A stretch of 64,000 bases of DNA. Origin: Polyangiaceae bacterium. GTDB taxonomy: Bacteria; Myxococcota_A; Polyangia; Polyangiales; Polyangiaceae. The notes below the pieces were generated by a model. That model was given only the letters and a program-made list of their open reading frames with translations. It was not told the origin of the DNA and did not search any database. The stretch is from assembly GCA_050287085.1 (NCBI GenBank), contig JBNKBE010000003.1, positions 239,350 through 303,349 of the forward strand, written 5' to 3'. Made by a program: the position numbers and the translations under genes. This document shows, piece by piece, positions 19,827 to 29,706 of the stretch; within the stretch, counting starts at the first letter, position 1, and each line of letters begins with the position of its first letter.

Positions 19827-20712
19827 CCCCACAGCTCTGTCGTCCCTTCTCACCAGAACTCCCCGTCAAGCGAAGCGACATTGCCAACTGATCCCTCGCC
19901 GACGCCAATTGTTCTCGCATCCAATGGTCCGAGCGACGCTGCAATGCATCCGCGTCGGAAACGAGGAGGGGCGAGCCAAACAACACCGCGACGACTGTGC
20001 GCGGCTTTGAGAGCCAGAACAGGATGTGGCGAACCAAGGTATCGTCGCCGACCCACGCGTCCCGAACGTCCCCGTATTCGATCACCATTGGCACGAGAGC
20101 AAAACCCGATTGACTCGACGCCCGAAAGAGCCCCGGACGAGTTGGCCCCATCCCGGGGCCCTCATAGGTCGTGCCCTCCGGAAACGCCGTCACGAGGCGC
20201 CCCCGCGCCACGAGCGCTGCAATGTCGCTGATCGTCCGAGCTCGACTGGACGCGTTGCGACGATCGACAAAGACGACCCCCATACGCTGGGCGACGGCAC
20301 CAATGATCGGCCAGGCACGGACCTCTTTCTTGCACAAGAAGGTCGTGGGCAACAGCCTCAGAAGCACGAGGATATCGAGATAGGACCGGTGATTGGACAC
20401 GATCAGCGCTGGCGCTCTCGGGAGCTCGCCCGAAACCGATAGCTGAACCCCCCCGATCCAGAGCAGATATCGCGCCCATCGCCCAATGAGGCGACATGCG
20501 TCCGGCCCCCGGCGCCGACTGCAGCGCAGCACCAGCAGCGCCGCGATCACTGCGGTCAGCACAGCCGGCGCTCGAAATGAGGCACGAGCGACGCCCGCGA
20601 CCGAGCGCAGGGGCGATGCCATGGCGCGTGTCGCCGGCGCCGCCCGATACGACGACGCGTCAGCAGCCGCCGATGGAGGGTTTATCACCTTGTGGCAGGC
20701 GCTCTCACTCAT
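19819..20712 (-). CDS. plsC: Lysophospholipid acyltransferase (PlsC family)
   Basis: 'NHRSYLD', 'FVDR', 'FPEGT' motifs. Confidence 0.88.
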   Translation of the reverse strand: MSESACHKVINPPSAAADASSYRAAPATRAMASPLRSVAGVARASFRAPAVLTAVIAALLVLRCSRRRGPDACRLIGRWARYLLWIGGVQLSVSGELPRAPALIVSNHRSYLDILVLLRLLPTTFLCKKEVRAWPIIGAVAQRMGVVFVDRRNASSRARTISDIAALVARGRLVTAFPEGTTYEGPGMGPTRPGLFRASSQSGFALVPMVIEYGDVRDAWVGDDTLVRHILFWLSKPRTVVAVLFGSPLLVSDADALQRRSDHWMREQLASARDQLAMSLRLTGSSGEKGRQSCGDD

Positions 20713-20872
20713 AGGCTTGGTTTCGAAACGGACGCCTGCCCTTTGCCGGCTAGCGTCAACGGACTGCTCGGCCGCCGCTTCGAGACTGATTGCCCAGCTG
20801 TGTGCCGTCCGTTTGAAGCTGCGGTAGCGATCGCGTGACGACCCTCATCTGCGCTCGAATCGCTGCGACACG

Positions 20873-21454
20873 CTACTGGCTCAAGGCGTCCCCTTTGAGC
20901 GCCTCAGCGAGACGCTCCGCGGACTCTACCTGTTTGCGCAATACGTCGACCTCCGCCTGCAGATGAGCGCTGCGCTCCTGCTCGGTCTGCAAGCGCCCCG
21001 CCAATTCGCGCTCCCGATGCCCACAATCTTCGCGCGTCTGTGCAACCACCTCAGCGCCCACCGAACGGGCCTGGGCCACCGCCTGCTGCTCTGCGAGCTG
21101 CGCTTGCTCCCGACGGGCGAGCATCATGTTTTCAGCCGCCCGCTGGTGCTCGTTCGCCTCGTCGCACGCCCCCGCCTCCCGATTGACCGAGCTGCACTGG
21201 CGCACGCGCCAGCGAGCCGCACCCACGAGCTGTTCACAATCGCCCCGGGTCTCACAACCCTTCGTCAACGCCTCGCCGAAGCCGTCTTCGTGCCCCCAGG
21301 CCGGGTGCCCACAGGCGCCCAGACCGAGTGCCGACAGCGCGGCAAAACTCGATAACAAGCGCTTGGTCCTGCTCCCTCGAATCCACTGATCTCGCTTCAT
21401 GGCCATCGGCTCCCTATTCCGCATCACCCCGCCGAACTGGCGGACGAAACGCAC
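20873..21454 (-). CDS. Hypothetical lipoprotein with coiled-coil C-terminus
   Basis: Lipobox 'LGAC', paired Cys residues, Glu/Gln/Ala-rich helical tail. Start uncertain. Confidence 0.55.
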   Translation of the reverse strand: MRFVRQFGGVMRNREPMAMKRDQWIRGSRTKRLLSSFAALSALGLGACGHPAWGHEDGFGEALTKGCETRGDCEQLVGAARWRVRQCSSVNREAGACDEANEHQRAAENMMLARREQAQLAEQQAVAQARSVGAEVVAQTREDCGHRERELAGRLQTEQERSAHLQAEVDVLRKQVESAERLAEALKGDALSQ

Positions 21455-21561
21455 GAGGAGTGTCCCCTCAGCTAGGTTGCTGCGTCAAGGTTTCGCAGGC
21501 TCATGGGTTTGGGCCATCCCAAACCCACGCTTGAACGAGAAATGCTGCTACGGTCCTAGCC

Positions 21562-22164
21562 GTGCGTGCCGTCTTCTTCTGCCTGCTCATGAGCGTCTTG
21601 CCGGCTTGCCGCTCAACCGGCGAGCCCGATCGCGAAAACCCGCCCTCCAGTAGCGCAGGTCACGCATCTGCGACCGGCCCAGCGAAGGACAAGCCCCCTC
21701 AGCCGTCACCAATATCCCACCCCTCCGTACGAGAACTGGCCGCTCAGACGCGAGCTGCTCGCTATGGGGTCCCCCTGCGCAGCGATGAAGAGCTCGACGC
21801 GCTCCTGCGCTCGACCTGCCTGCAGTCCCGGGCGGACGGACAGCCCATCGTCCTAGACTTCGGCGCCGACTGGTGCGGCGACTGCCAACGCTTGCACGGG
21901 CTGCTCGGCGCCCCCGACCTGCAGGTCGCGTTGTCACGAGTGCATCTGGTCGAGCTGAACCTGGGCGCCCAACGTCACGAACAGCTCCGACGCGACTTCG
22001 GCGTCCGAGCTATCCCGCGCTGGTTCGTGCTTGCCCCCGAGGACTGCGAACGGTCGGTCTCGCAGTGGCGCCGATTGGGTGATCGCGTCCTGGAGCAAAC
22101 GCCCAGCGCCACCGACCTCTCGCGCTGGCTTGAGGGGGTCGTTCAGAGCAAACCCAGTCAATAG
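21562..22164 (+). CDS. Thioredoxin-family lipoprotein
   Basis: Lipobox-like 'LPAC'; 'DFGADWCGDC'; 'AIP'. Confidence 0.8.
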   Translation: MRAVFFCLLMSVLPACRSTGEPDRENPPSSSAGHASATGPAKDKPPQPSPISHPSVRELAAQTRAARYGVPLRSDEELDALLRSTCLQSRADGQPIVLDFGADWCGDCQRLHGLLGAPDLQVALSRVHLVELNLGAQRHEQLRRDFGVRAIPRWFVLAPEDCERSVSQWRRLGDRVLEQTPSATDLSRWLEGVVQSKPSQ

Positions 22165-22189
22165 CCCGCTCCAATCGAGCACCGACCGT

Positions 22190-22684
22190 TCACTCCGCCG
22201 GCAAGAGACGAGCTACGTCTCGCACCCAAGCGGCAAGCTCACCGTCTTGGTCGGCGCGCGCGACCTGCTTGGCGCAGCGCAGCAGCGCAGCAAAGACGTC
22301 GACGGCACCGGGCGCGCTGAGATCAGCGCTCAGGCGCAGTATCGAAGTCCGGAGCATAGGACCGACCAGACTCGGTTCAGCGGGCAAGACGCGTGCGCAA
22401 ACCAGGGCTTCCTCACCCGCCGCGGCTAACTCGTGCGCTTCGTCCACCAAGTCGAAACGGTGGGAGAGCGACGTCGCCAAGCGCTGCGACCAGTAGTCCG
22501 TATCAGGGCGCCATGCCTCATCGCGGCGCCCTGCCTCATCATGGCGCCATGCCTCAAATTCGGCTCGCAGCGCCTCTGCTGCGAGCAGGAACTGCTCCGT
22601 CTCAAGCTGAGACTGCTGCGCGGCCAAGCCCAACACCCGCTGAAACCACCGATCGTAGCTGCCGTTCGGACTGCCAGACGTCAC
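22190..22684 (-). CDS. Hypothetical protein
   Basis: Long ORF with helical, Ala/Glu/Leu-rich composition. GTG start at 22684 is a guess. Confidence 0.45.
   Translation of the reverse strand: MTSGSPNGSYDRWFQRVLGLAAQQSQLETEQFLLAAEALRAEFEAWRHDEAGRRDEAWRPDTDYWSQRLATSLSHRFDLVDEAHELAAAGEEALVCARVLPAEPSLVGPMLRTSILRLSADLSAPGAVDVFAALLRCAKQVARADQDGELAAWVRDVARLLPAE
22507..22556. repeat. 18-bp degenerate tandem repeat (about 2.8 units)
   Basis: GGCGCCATGCCTCATCGC / GGCGCCCTGCCTCATCAT / GGCGCCATGCCTCA. Confidence 0.85.
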
Positions 22685-22893
22685 AGCGCAGCCATAGCAG
22701 CTGAACTCAGACGGAGCCAGCGCAGCGGGGGCTTGCGAAGCTTTGATCCGGGGTGCGGGGAGCAAACTTGGGCGCTCTCCGCGCTCTGGGCTTCGGCCGG
22801 TGGGAGGGGTTCGGTTTTGGGGCGCCGTAACGCTCCGTGCCACGTACAAGTGAAGCGTGTGGACCGGCGCTGCGCGTATCAGTCTTCGCAACC

Positions 22894-23078
22894 GGGCAGG
22901 GCTTTGAGCTTGCCGTCAAGAGTTCCGGACCGACTATCAATCAAGTTGGGGGCTTGCGCCGGACTGTGGCGCGGGTCGCAGAGCGCCCAGGAGCGGGGTT
23001 TCGACTTCTAATTCGTGGCGCAAGCCACTAGGAACCAGGTCCGAGCTTCCGGATCCGTTCCCAGACGCCGCCACTGCC
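22894..23078 (+). ncRNA. ssrS: Probable 6S RNA
   Basis: About 185-nt intergenic rod. Outer pairs GGCAG/CTGCC, GGC/GCC, CGTC/GACG, CGGACC/GGTCCG; A-rich central bubble (GACTATCAATCAAG opposite ACTAGGAACCA); inner perfect stem GGCTTGCGCC/GGCGCAAGCC. Confidence 0.55.
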
Positions 23079-23099
23079 GCCTAGCCTTTCTCTCAAACC

Positions 23100-24269
23100 G
23101 TGGAAAGCCAAACACAAGCCCAGCTGAAGGGGAACGCCCCAGCCTCACCCGGCGAATTTCAGCCCATCGCGCTGGGCTCTCTCTCGGTGTGGCCGCCAGT
23201 AGTGCTCGCACCGATGGCAGGGGTGACAAACTATCCGTTCCGGCGCTTGTGTCGTGACTTTGGTGCGGGCCTGTACGTGAGCGAAATGATCACCGCCAGA
23301 CCGCTGGTTGAAGGCCGCGAAAAAACGCTCAAGCTGGCCGACTTCGGACCTGACGAAACGCCGCGCAGTCTGCAACTCTACGGCGTAGATCCACACTACG
23401 TGGGGGAGGCCGTCAAGCTCTTGGTTTCGGAGGGACGTGTCGATCACATCGACATGAACTTTGGTTGTCCCGTGCGCAAAGTGACCCGCAAAGGGGGGGG
23501 TGCGGCGATTCCGGCCAAGCCGCGCTTGCTGGCCGCCATCGTCCGCGCCGCGGTCAAGAACGCGGGCAGCGTCCCGGTCACGATCAAGTTCCGAATGGGG
23601 ATCGACGACCGCTGGCGAACCGATCTAACAAGCGGCCAAATCGCTGAGGCGGAAGGGTGTGCCGCGGTCGCCTTGCACGCCCGCACCGCCTCCCAACTCT
23701 ACGACGGCGAGGCCCGGTGGGAGGCGATTGCCGCCTTGAAGGATGCACTTCGCATCCCCGTCCTAGGCAACGGAGATATCTGGGAAGCACACGACGCACT
23801 CCGCATGATGCGCACGACCGGCTGTGATGGCGTCGTGGTGGGGCGCGGTTGTCTGGGTAGACCGTGGTTGTTCCGTGACCTTGCAGATGCGTTCGAAGGT
23901 CGGACGCCACAACCGGCTCCCAACTTGGGAGAGGTCGTTGATATCATGCTGCGGCACGCGCGATGGAAAGCCGAATGGTTTGGTGAGAGCCCGGCGTTGC
24001 GTGCGTTTCGTAGGTTCACCAGCTGGTACACCAAGGGCTTTCCCGGAAGCGCGGAGCTGCGGGCTCGGCTCATGCAGATCCGGACCCTGAGTGAACTGGA
24101 ACGAGCGGTCGACGGCTTGGACAGAAGCCAGCCCTTCCCCGCTCACGCGGCCCGCCTTTCGCGCGCCAAAGGCTCAGGAACCCAGGTGGTAAGCTTGCCG
24201 GACGGCTACCTCAACAACCTGGACGACGACACGCCGCCGGAAGCCGAAGACGGCGGCAGCGGCGGCTAG
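23100..24269 (+). CDS. dusB: tRNA-dihydrouridine synthase B
   Basis: 'LAPMAGVT', 'SEM', 'IDMNFGCP', 'HART', 'GNGDI', 'VGRG'. Confidence 0.93.
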   Translation: MESQTQAQLKGNAPASPGEFQPIALGSLSVWPPVVLAPMAGVTNYPFRRLCRDFGAGLYVSEMITARPLVEGREKTLKLADFGPDETPRSLQLYGVDPHYVGEAVKLLVSEGRVDHIDMNFGCPVRKVTRKGGGAAIPAKPRLLAAIVRAAVKNAGSVPVTIKFRMGIDDRWRTDLTSGQIAEAEGCAAVALHARTASQLYDGEARWEAIAALKDALRIPVLGNGDIWEAHDALRMMRTTGCDGVVVGRGCLGRPWLFRDLADAFEGRTPQPAPNLGEVVDIMLRHARWKAEWFGESPALRAFRRFTSWYTKGFPGSAELRARLMQIRTLSELERAVDGLDRSQPFPAHAARLSRAKGSGTQVVSLPDGYLNNLDDDTPPEAEDGGSGG

Positions 24270-24303
24270 CCCTGCGCCACGATGAAGCGGAAGCTGAGCG
24301 CCG

Positions 24304-24687
24304 TCATTCGGCGCCGCGCAATCGCTCTAGAGCGCGACGCTCCGCTTTGGTTGGCCTTCCCGCCCCGCGATCGCGCAGACCAGTGGTCCAACGCTCCTCC
24401 TTCGGCGGCGGCGGCGGACTCTCGTCGTCATAGAGCAGGCGAGCGAGGGGCGCACTCAACCGCTTCTCCGCGAAATCGATGACCCGGAGAATCTTGGGAC
24501 CACTTGGGTGTTCGATATGCACCTCGTCCCGCCGCTGAAGCAGGGCGCTGGGCTTGACGCCCCGACCGTTGACCTTGACGAGGCCGCCTTCGCACGCCTC
24601 CTGCGCCAACCCGCGCGTCTTGTACATGCGTGAAGCAACCAGCCACCGGTCGATCCGCACAGTCAGCAACGGCTCTTTGGGGGGCAT
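24304..24687 (-). CDS. hslR: Ribosome-associated heat shock protein Hsp15 (S4 domain)
   Basis: 'RIDRWL...YKTRGLA', 'GAGRPTKAERR'. Confidence 0.92.
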   Translation of the reverse strand: MPPKEPLLTVRIDRWLVASRMYKTRGLAQEACEGGLVKVNGRGVKPSALLQRRDEVHIEHPSGPKILRVIDFAEKRLSAPLARLLYDDESPPPPPKEERWTTGLRDRGAGRPTKAERRALERLRGAE

Positions 24688-24815
24688 TGTTCTCCGATTC
24701 TCAATGAATACCTCGTGCTAGCGCGCGCGGCGCTCCGGCGCAAGAGGCGCTACCTCACCGAAGCCCGCCCCCATCCCCTCAAGTTCGCCGCCCAGCGCCC
24801 GTTTGTCCCAGTGTT

Positions 24816-25328
24816 ATGGACTCAGCGGCACCCCGGTCGGAAACACGGCACTCTGACGTATTCGACACCCACGCCCGATCGCAGGCGTTGACCGCCGCCT
24901 GCATCGCTGAGGCGGTGTCCGAGCTCGTCCCACGCGAAGTGTGCGTCACGACTCTATTTCAGGGCCGAGCCCCCTGGGTCGTGGCCTCGCGCGGCGTGAC
25001 GCTGGACCAAGCGGGACGCGCAGCCATGCACACCTGGGCACAGAGCATAACACACGCCGAGCTTCAGCCAGTCCCGGGCGTTCTGCGGCACAAACTTCAC
25101 GCCTTTCGCGCCATTGTGGTGCCGCTGGCCTCCCCACTCCGCTGCTACGGCGCGGTGGTGTTGGGCGCGCCCGTCGGGCAGTCCTGTTCGGCCGCTTTCC
25201 GACGCGAACTGAGCGGAGTTTGCACCGACTGGGTCTTGCGCATCGAAGAAAACGCTCGCGCCGAACTCCGGCCGCGGCGTTTGGGTCGCTCGATGCGCGC
25301 GCTTGAGCCGCTTTCTGCTTTGGCGTAG
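24816..25328 (+). CDS. Hypothetical protein, possibly a degenerate GAF-like fold
   Basis: 'VVASRG', 'AIVVPL...YGAVVL' resemble GAF strands; weak. Confidence 0.45.
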   Translation: MDSAAPRSETRHSDVFDTHARSQALTAACIAEAVSELVPREVCVTTLFQGRAPWVVASRGVTLDQAGRAAMHTWAQSITHAELQPVPGVLRHKLHAFRAIVVPLASPLRCYGAVVLGAPVGQSCSAAFRRELSGVCTDWVLRIEENARAELRPRRLGRSMRALEPLSALA

Positions 25329-25455
25329 ACGCTGCCCGCGCTTTCGTGCTCTACCAGTAGGGCCTTGGCCAGGGCTGCGCTGGTCAGGCGCACTGGCTGC
25401 CTCGCGCGGCCGAGCAATGGCCCGCTCGCGCGCGGGCTGACCTCGAGCGTACCGA

Positions 25456-26274
25456 ATGGCAGATCCGCCCAAGAGCACCAATATCGCCGATACGATCTTC
25501 GCTGACCTTCGTCGTCAGATCCTACGCGGAGAGCTCAAGCCCGGGGCTCGACTCAAAGGCGAGCGGGAGCTAGCCGCGGACTACGGCACCAACCGCAACA
25601 CGTTGCGTGAAGCCGTGCGCAAGCTGGAACAGGCGCGCCTCGTCCTCGTCCGCCACGGCCATGGCGTGACGATCAGTGACTTTCGACGCTCCGGAACCCT
25701 GGAACTGCTTGCGCCCTACCTCCAGAGTGGTCCGGACATGACGGAAGTCAGCCGCATCGTGGAGGACGTGCTCGCTCCCCGCGTACTGCTCATCGAACAG
25801 GCAACCCGCCTCGCCGTTCGCCGCGCCGACGCCGATGACCTAACGCGCCTTCGAAAGCTGGCTGAAGAGCTGAACGCAGCGTTCGAAGCGCGCCAAACGC
25901 GAGCTGTCGCGGAAGGCTTCCAGCGCTGGTTGGACGCGCTCATCGACGCCAGTCATTCGGTCGCCGTGCGCTGGATCGCAAACCCGCTGCTCGACGCCCT
26001 GCGCCAGCTCTTGGAACGCCTGCCCATGCTCTGGATCCTGGAGCCGACCTTTCCCGGTCACCTGCGAAGCGTGCTGACCGCGATTGAACAAGGGGACGAG
26101 GCGTTGGCCACTCGCACCACCTTTGAATACTACGAGCGCGTAGACCAGCCGCTGCTGAAGTTGCTCCGCTCGCGCTTCCCGACGCCTGCTCCGCGCGCGA
26201 AAAGCGAAACCGCCGAGCCCGCGCTCACGGCGGCTTCGACGGCCGCGCCAGGTGGTGAGGAGACGCACACGTGA
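25456..26274 (+). CDS. GntR/FadR-family transcriptional regulator
   Basis: 'ILRGELKPGARLKGERELA...RNTLREAV...HGHG' winged HTH plus FCD domain. Confidence 0.92.
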   Translation: MADPPKSTNIADTIFADLRRQILRGELKPGARLKGERELAADYGTNRNTLREAVRKLEQARLVLVRHGHGVTISDFRRSGTLELLAPYLQSGPDMTEVSRIVEDVLAPRVLLIEQATRLAVRRADADDLTRLRKLAEELNAAFEARQTRAVAEGFQRWLDALIDASHSVAVRWIANPLLDALRQLLERLPMLWILEPTFPGHLRSVLTAIEQGDEALATRTTFEYYERVDQPLLKLLRSRFPTPAPRAKSETAEPALTAASTAAPGGEETHT

Positions 26275-27134
26275 GGCGCGTCCTGATAGCAGGTTGCGGC
26301 TTCGTTGGCCGCGCGCTTGCTTCCCGCCTCATAGCAGCCGGCGACGTCGTGTACGCGCTGGCGCGCAACCCCAACAACCTGCCGGCAGGCGCCTACCCGA
26401 TCCGTGCTGACCTCTCGGAACCCCTGATCGGCTCGCTTCCTGACAAGCTGGACGCCGTGGTATTTGCCGCCGCGCCGCGCCGCCACGAAACCTCCGACTA
26501 CGAGCGCACTTACGTTCTCGGCGCACAACGGGTCGCGACCTACGCGGAACGCTGCGGGGCGCGGAGCTTGATATTTGTGTCGAGCACGGCGGTGTACCGT
26601 CAGTGTGAGGGGGAATGGGTCGACGAGGCGTCCGAAGCGGCCTCCGAAGCGCCCAACGGCAAGGCCATGCTAGCGGCGGAGCGCTTCATCCTCGATGCAC
26701 CCCTCGCCGGTACTGTGCTTCGCTGCTCCGGAATCTACGGACCCGGACGCACCCGACTGATCGACCAGGTGCGCCGTGGTGAAACGACGTCTAACGAGCG
26801 AGATAGCTACACCAATCGCATTCATCGCGATGACGTAGCGGGGACAATACAGCTACTGCTGACCCTGCCGAAAGCCCCCTCCATCCTGATCGGCTCGGAC
26901 CACGAACCCGTGTTGCGCTCAGAGGTCCACCACTGGCTTGCTGTGCGCATGGGCCTGGCGGCAGCGACCGCGCTGCCCCATGCGAACGAATCGGCCACGA
27001 GCCACAACTGCGGCGGCAAGCGGTGCTCCAATCAGGCGCTATTGGGTCTGGGTTACCGATTCCAGTACCCGACATTTCGCGACGGGTATTCGGCCATGTT
27101 GGAGACCGAGGCGTCTGGAGAGACGATACCCTAG
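26271..27134 (+). CDS. NAD-dependent epimerase/dehydratase (extended SDR)
   Basis: 'IAGCGFVG', 'SSTAVY', 'GIYGPGR', 'NRIHRDD'; GTGA-coupled to the regulator. Confidence 0.88.
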   Translation: MRRVLIAGCGFVGRALASRLIAAGDVVYALARNPNNLPAGAYPIRADLSEPLIGSLPDKLDAVVFAAAPRRHETSDYERTYVLGAQRVATYAERCGARSLIFVSSTAVYRQCEGEWVDEASEAASEAPNGKAMLAAERFILDAPLAGTVLRCSGIYGPGRTRLIDQVRRGETTSNERDSYTNRIHRDDVAGTIQLLLTLPKAPSILIGSDHEPVLRSEVHHWLAVRMGLAAATALPHANESATSHNCGGKRCSNQALLGLGYRFQYPTFRDGYSAMLETEASGETIP

Positions 27135-27158
27135 CCCACTCACCAACGAGGAGGCCCC

Positions 27159-29555
27159 GTGCTCGCCCGTACCGCACCTAGCGTCGGCAGTCAGATTGTG
27201 GCCGTGCTCGGCCCGACCAATACCGGGAAGACCCATCGTTGCATAGAGCGGCTTCTGACCCACGAAACGGGTATGGTCGGACTCCCCCTCCGGTTGCTCG
27301 CGCGTGAAGTGTACGGCCGAGTCGTCGAGCTCACCGGGCACGAGCAGGTGGCCCTTGTCACCGGTGAGGAGAAGCGGCTCCCACGAGGGGCGCGCTACTT
27401 CATCTGCACGGTCGAAGCCATGCCGTTGGAACGCGAGGTCGACTTCCTGGCCATCGACGAGATTCAGCTCGTGGCGCACTCAACGCGGGGGCACGTATTC
27501 ACCGACCGACTGCTCCACGCCCGAGGCAGACGGGAAACTTGGTTTCTGGGTTCGGACACCTGCCGCCACCTGATCGAAGAGCTGGTGCCGACAGCCCGTT
27601 TCGAGACCTACCGCCGCCTAAGCCAGCTCCGGCATGCGGGCCCAAGCAGCTTGGGACGACTGCCAGCGCAAAGCGCTGTGGTGGGCTTTTCTGTGCCGCA
27701 GGTCTATGAACTCGCGGAGCGTATTCGCGTCCGCAAAGGGGGCGCTGCCGTTGTCCTGGGGGCGCTTTCACCCAAGACGCGCAATGCCCAGGTCGAGCTA
27801 TTCCAGCAAGGCAAGGTCAACTACCTGGTCGCCACCGACGCGATCGGCATGGGGCTGAACATGAATGTCAGCCACGTCGCGTTCGCCGGCCTGCGCAAGT
27901 TCGACGGCCGCAAGGAACGAGCCCTCAGCACCGGCGAGCTGGCGCAGGTCGCCGGGCGCGCTGGGCGCCACATCCACGATGGAACCTTCGGCACGTTGAG
28001 GCCGTGCCCTCCCCTCGCCGACGAAGTGGCGCGGGCCGTCGAGGAGCACCGGCACGAACGACTTCGCTTTGCGTTCTACCGCAACACCAACCTGGACTTC
28101 TCGAACCTGAGCGCCCTGCTCGAAACCCTGGCAGCCCCCCCTCCCCACCCCAGTCTGCGTGCCATGCCCGAGGTGGATGACCACCTGGCGCTGCGCACAC
28201 TCAGTGCCCGCAGCGACGTTCAGCAGCGGCTCGGACCGGACACCCTCCCCCTGTTGTGGGAGGTCTGCCAGATCCCGGACTATCGAAAGTTGATGCCCGA
28301 GGTACACGCAAACCTGCTCGGTGAAGTCTTCACGGAGCTCGTCGCTAGCGGCCGTTCCCTTGGCAACGACTGGATGCAACGCCAGATGGCGGGACTCGAA
28401 CAACCTGCTGGTGATGTCGACTCGCTGGTCCTTCAGCTCTCGTTCGTGCGGACCTTCGCGTACCTGAGCCAACACGGTCACTGGCTTCAGCACCCGACGA
28501 CGTGGCGCGCCCACACACGGATTTTGGAGGACAACCTCAGCGACGCCCTCCATGAACGCTTGCTGCAACGCTTTGTCTCGAAAGAAGGGACGCGTCGCGG
28601 TCCCATGGCTCCCCGCGCCCGGACTCCGAGCAGCGCAGAGTCGGTCGCGAGAAGCGATTTCTCGCCGGCCGCTGGCCATCCCTTCGCACAGCTCGTGTCA
28701 CTGCGGCGTCAGCTCAGCGGCGCGGCGGAGCCGAACAGCCCGACGCCTTCATACGCCGACCTGCTGACGTCCGGCCCTGAACGCTTTGGCTTCAAGAACG
28801 GTTGCCTTATCGTCCACGATGAAGCCGCCATCGGCAGGCTGGTGCCGGGCCCGGAATTGAGACGACCCGCGGTGCGCCTGCACGAGCCCTTTCGTTCGGC
28901 GCGCGGCGAGATTCAACGGCGACTCCTCCGCCTGGGTACCGAGTTTGGCGCTGAACTCGAGCGCGCGCTGCCTCCCGAAGCCCTACCCCCCGGACCCGCT
29001 CGAGGCATCGCCTACCAACTGAGCGCCAACCTCGGCACCCTCAAACGCAGCACTGTCGAATCACTGCTGAGCGCCCTTGAGCCTGATGCCCGCGAGCTGC
29101 TGGAACGTCGCGGCGTCATCTTCGGACAGCGTTACGTGTGGCTGCGACCGCTCTTGGGCGCGCGAGCACTTTCCGTACGCTGGGCCCTTTGCGCCGCTTG
29201 GGAACCCGCGCTGCGCCCACTGCCCTTTGCGGTTCATCGAACGTCATATCCCGCGTCGGTCCCCGCAGCTATCGCTGAAAGCGCCGGCTTCAGCCAACTC
29301 GGTCCGCTGCTGGTTCGGTGTGACATCGTAGAGCGAGCCCTTCAGCTACAACGAGCGGCCGCCCCAGACGCCCAGATCGCCAGCTTGTTGGGCTGTCGCA
29401 TGGACGAGCTCGAATACGTGCTCGCTCCGCCACGCCGCCGACGTCGTCGGCGACGCAGTAGACCGCGCGCGCGTGCCCCGGAGCCAGCTCGCTCCCGGAG
29501 TCAATCGGAGGCTCCCCTGGCGACGGACAACGACCCAGAAACGGCTGGGCCCTGA
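27159..29555 (+). CDS. Suv3/MgpS-like SF2 RNA helicase
   Basis: 'GPTNTGKT', 'PLRLLARE', 'IDEIQ', 'ATDAIGMGLN', 'QVAGRAGR'; poly-Arg tail. Confidence 0.92.
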   Translation: MLARTAPSVGSQIVAVLGPTNTGKTHRCIERLLTHETGMVGLPLRLLAREVYGRVVELTGHEQVALVTGEEKRLPRGARYFICTVEAMPLEREVDFLAIDEIQLVAHSTRGHVFTDRLLHARGRRETWFLGSDTCRHLIEELVPTARFETYRRLSQLRHAGPSSLGRLPAQSAVVGFSVPQVYELAERIRVRKGGAAVVLGALSPKTRNAQVELFQQGKVNYLVATDAIGMGLNMNVSHVAFAGLRKFDGRKERALSTGELAQVAGRAGRHIHDGTFGTLRPCPPLADEVARAVEEHRHERLRFAFYRNTNLDFSNLSALLETLAAPPPHPSLRAMPEVDDHLALRTLSARSDVQQRLGPDTLPLLWEVCQIPDYRKLMPEVHANLLGEVFTELVASGRSLGNDWMQRQMAGLEQPAGDVDSLVLQLSFVRTFAYLSQHGHWLQHPTTWRAHTRILEDNLSDALHERLLQRFVSKEGTRRGPMAPRARTPSSAESVARSDFSPAAGHPFAQLVSLRRQLSGAAEPNSPTPSYADLLTSGPERFGFKNGCLIVHDEAAIGRLVPGPELRRPAVRLHEPFRSARGEIQRRLLRLGTEFGAELERALPPEALPPGPARGIAYQLSANLGTLKRSTVESLLSALEPDARELLERRGVIFGQRYVWLRPLLGARALSVRWALCAAWEPALRPLPFAVHRTSYPASVPAAIAESAGFSQLGPLLVRCDIVERALQLQRAAAPDAQIASLLGCRMDELEYVLAPPRRRRRRRRSRPRARAPEPARSRSQSEAPLATDNDPETAGP

Positions 29556-29706
29556 GCGCCTTGCAGCAACACGGTAATCGTTTATTCGCAGCCCATGACC
29601 TAGACCGCGCATGCCAGCGGTTAACGAGTCCAGCCCTGTCTTGGGGGCCCTAGCCTGTCTTCTGGAGACATGGACATGTACGCTGAGCAACCCACGCAGA
29701 GGCGCC

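Noticed and set aside
22894..23078. tmRNA, SRP RNA or tRNA as alternative identities for the structured intergenic region
   Set aside because: No tRNA-like ends, no SRP GGAA-loop motif and no cloverleaf; a rod with a central bubble fits 6S better.
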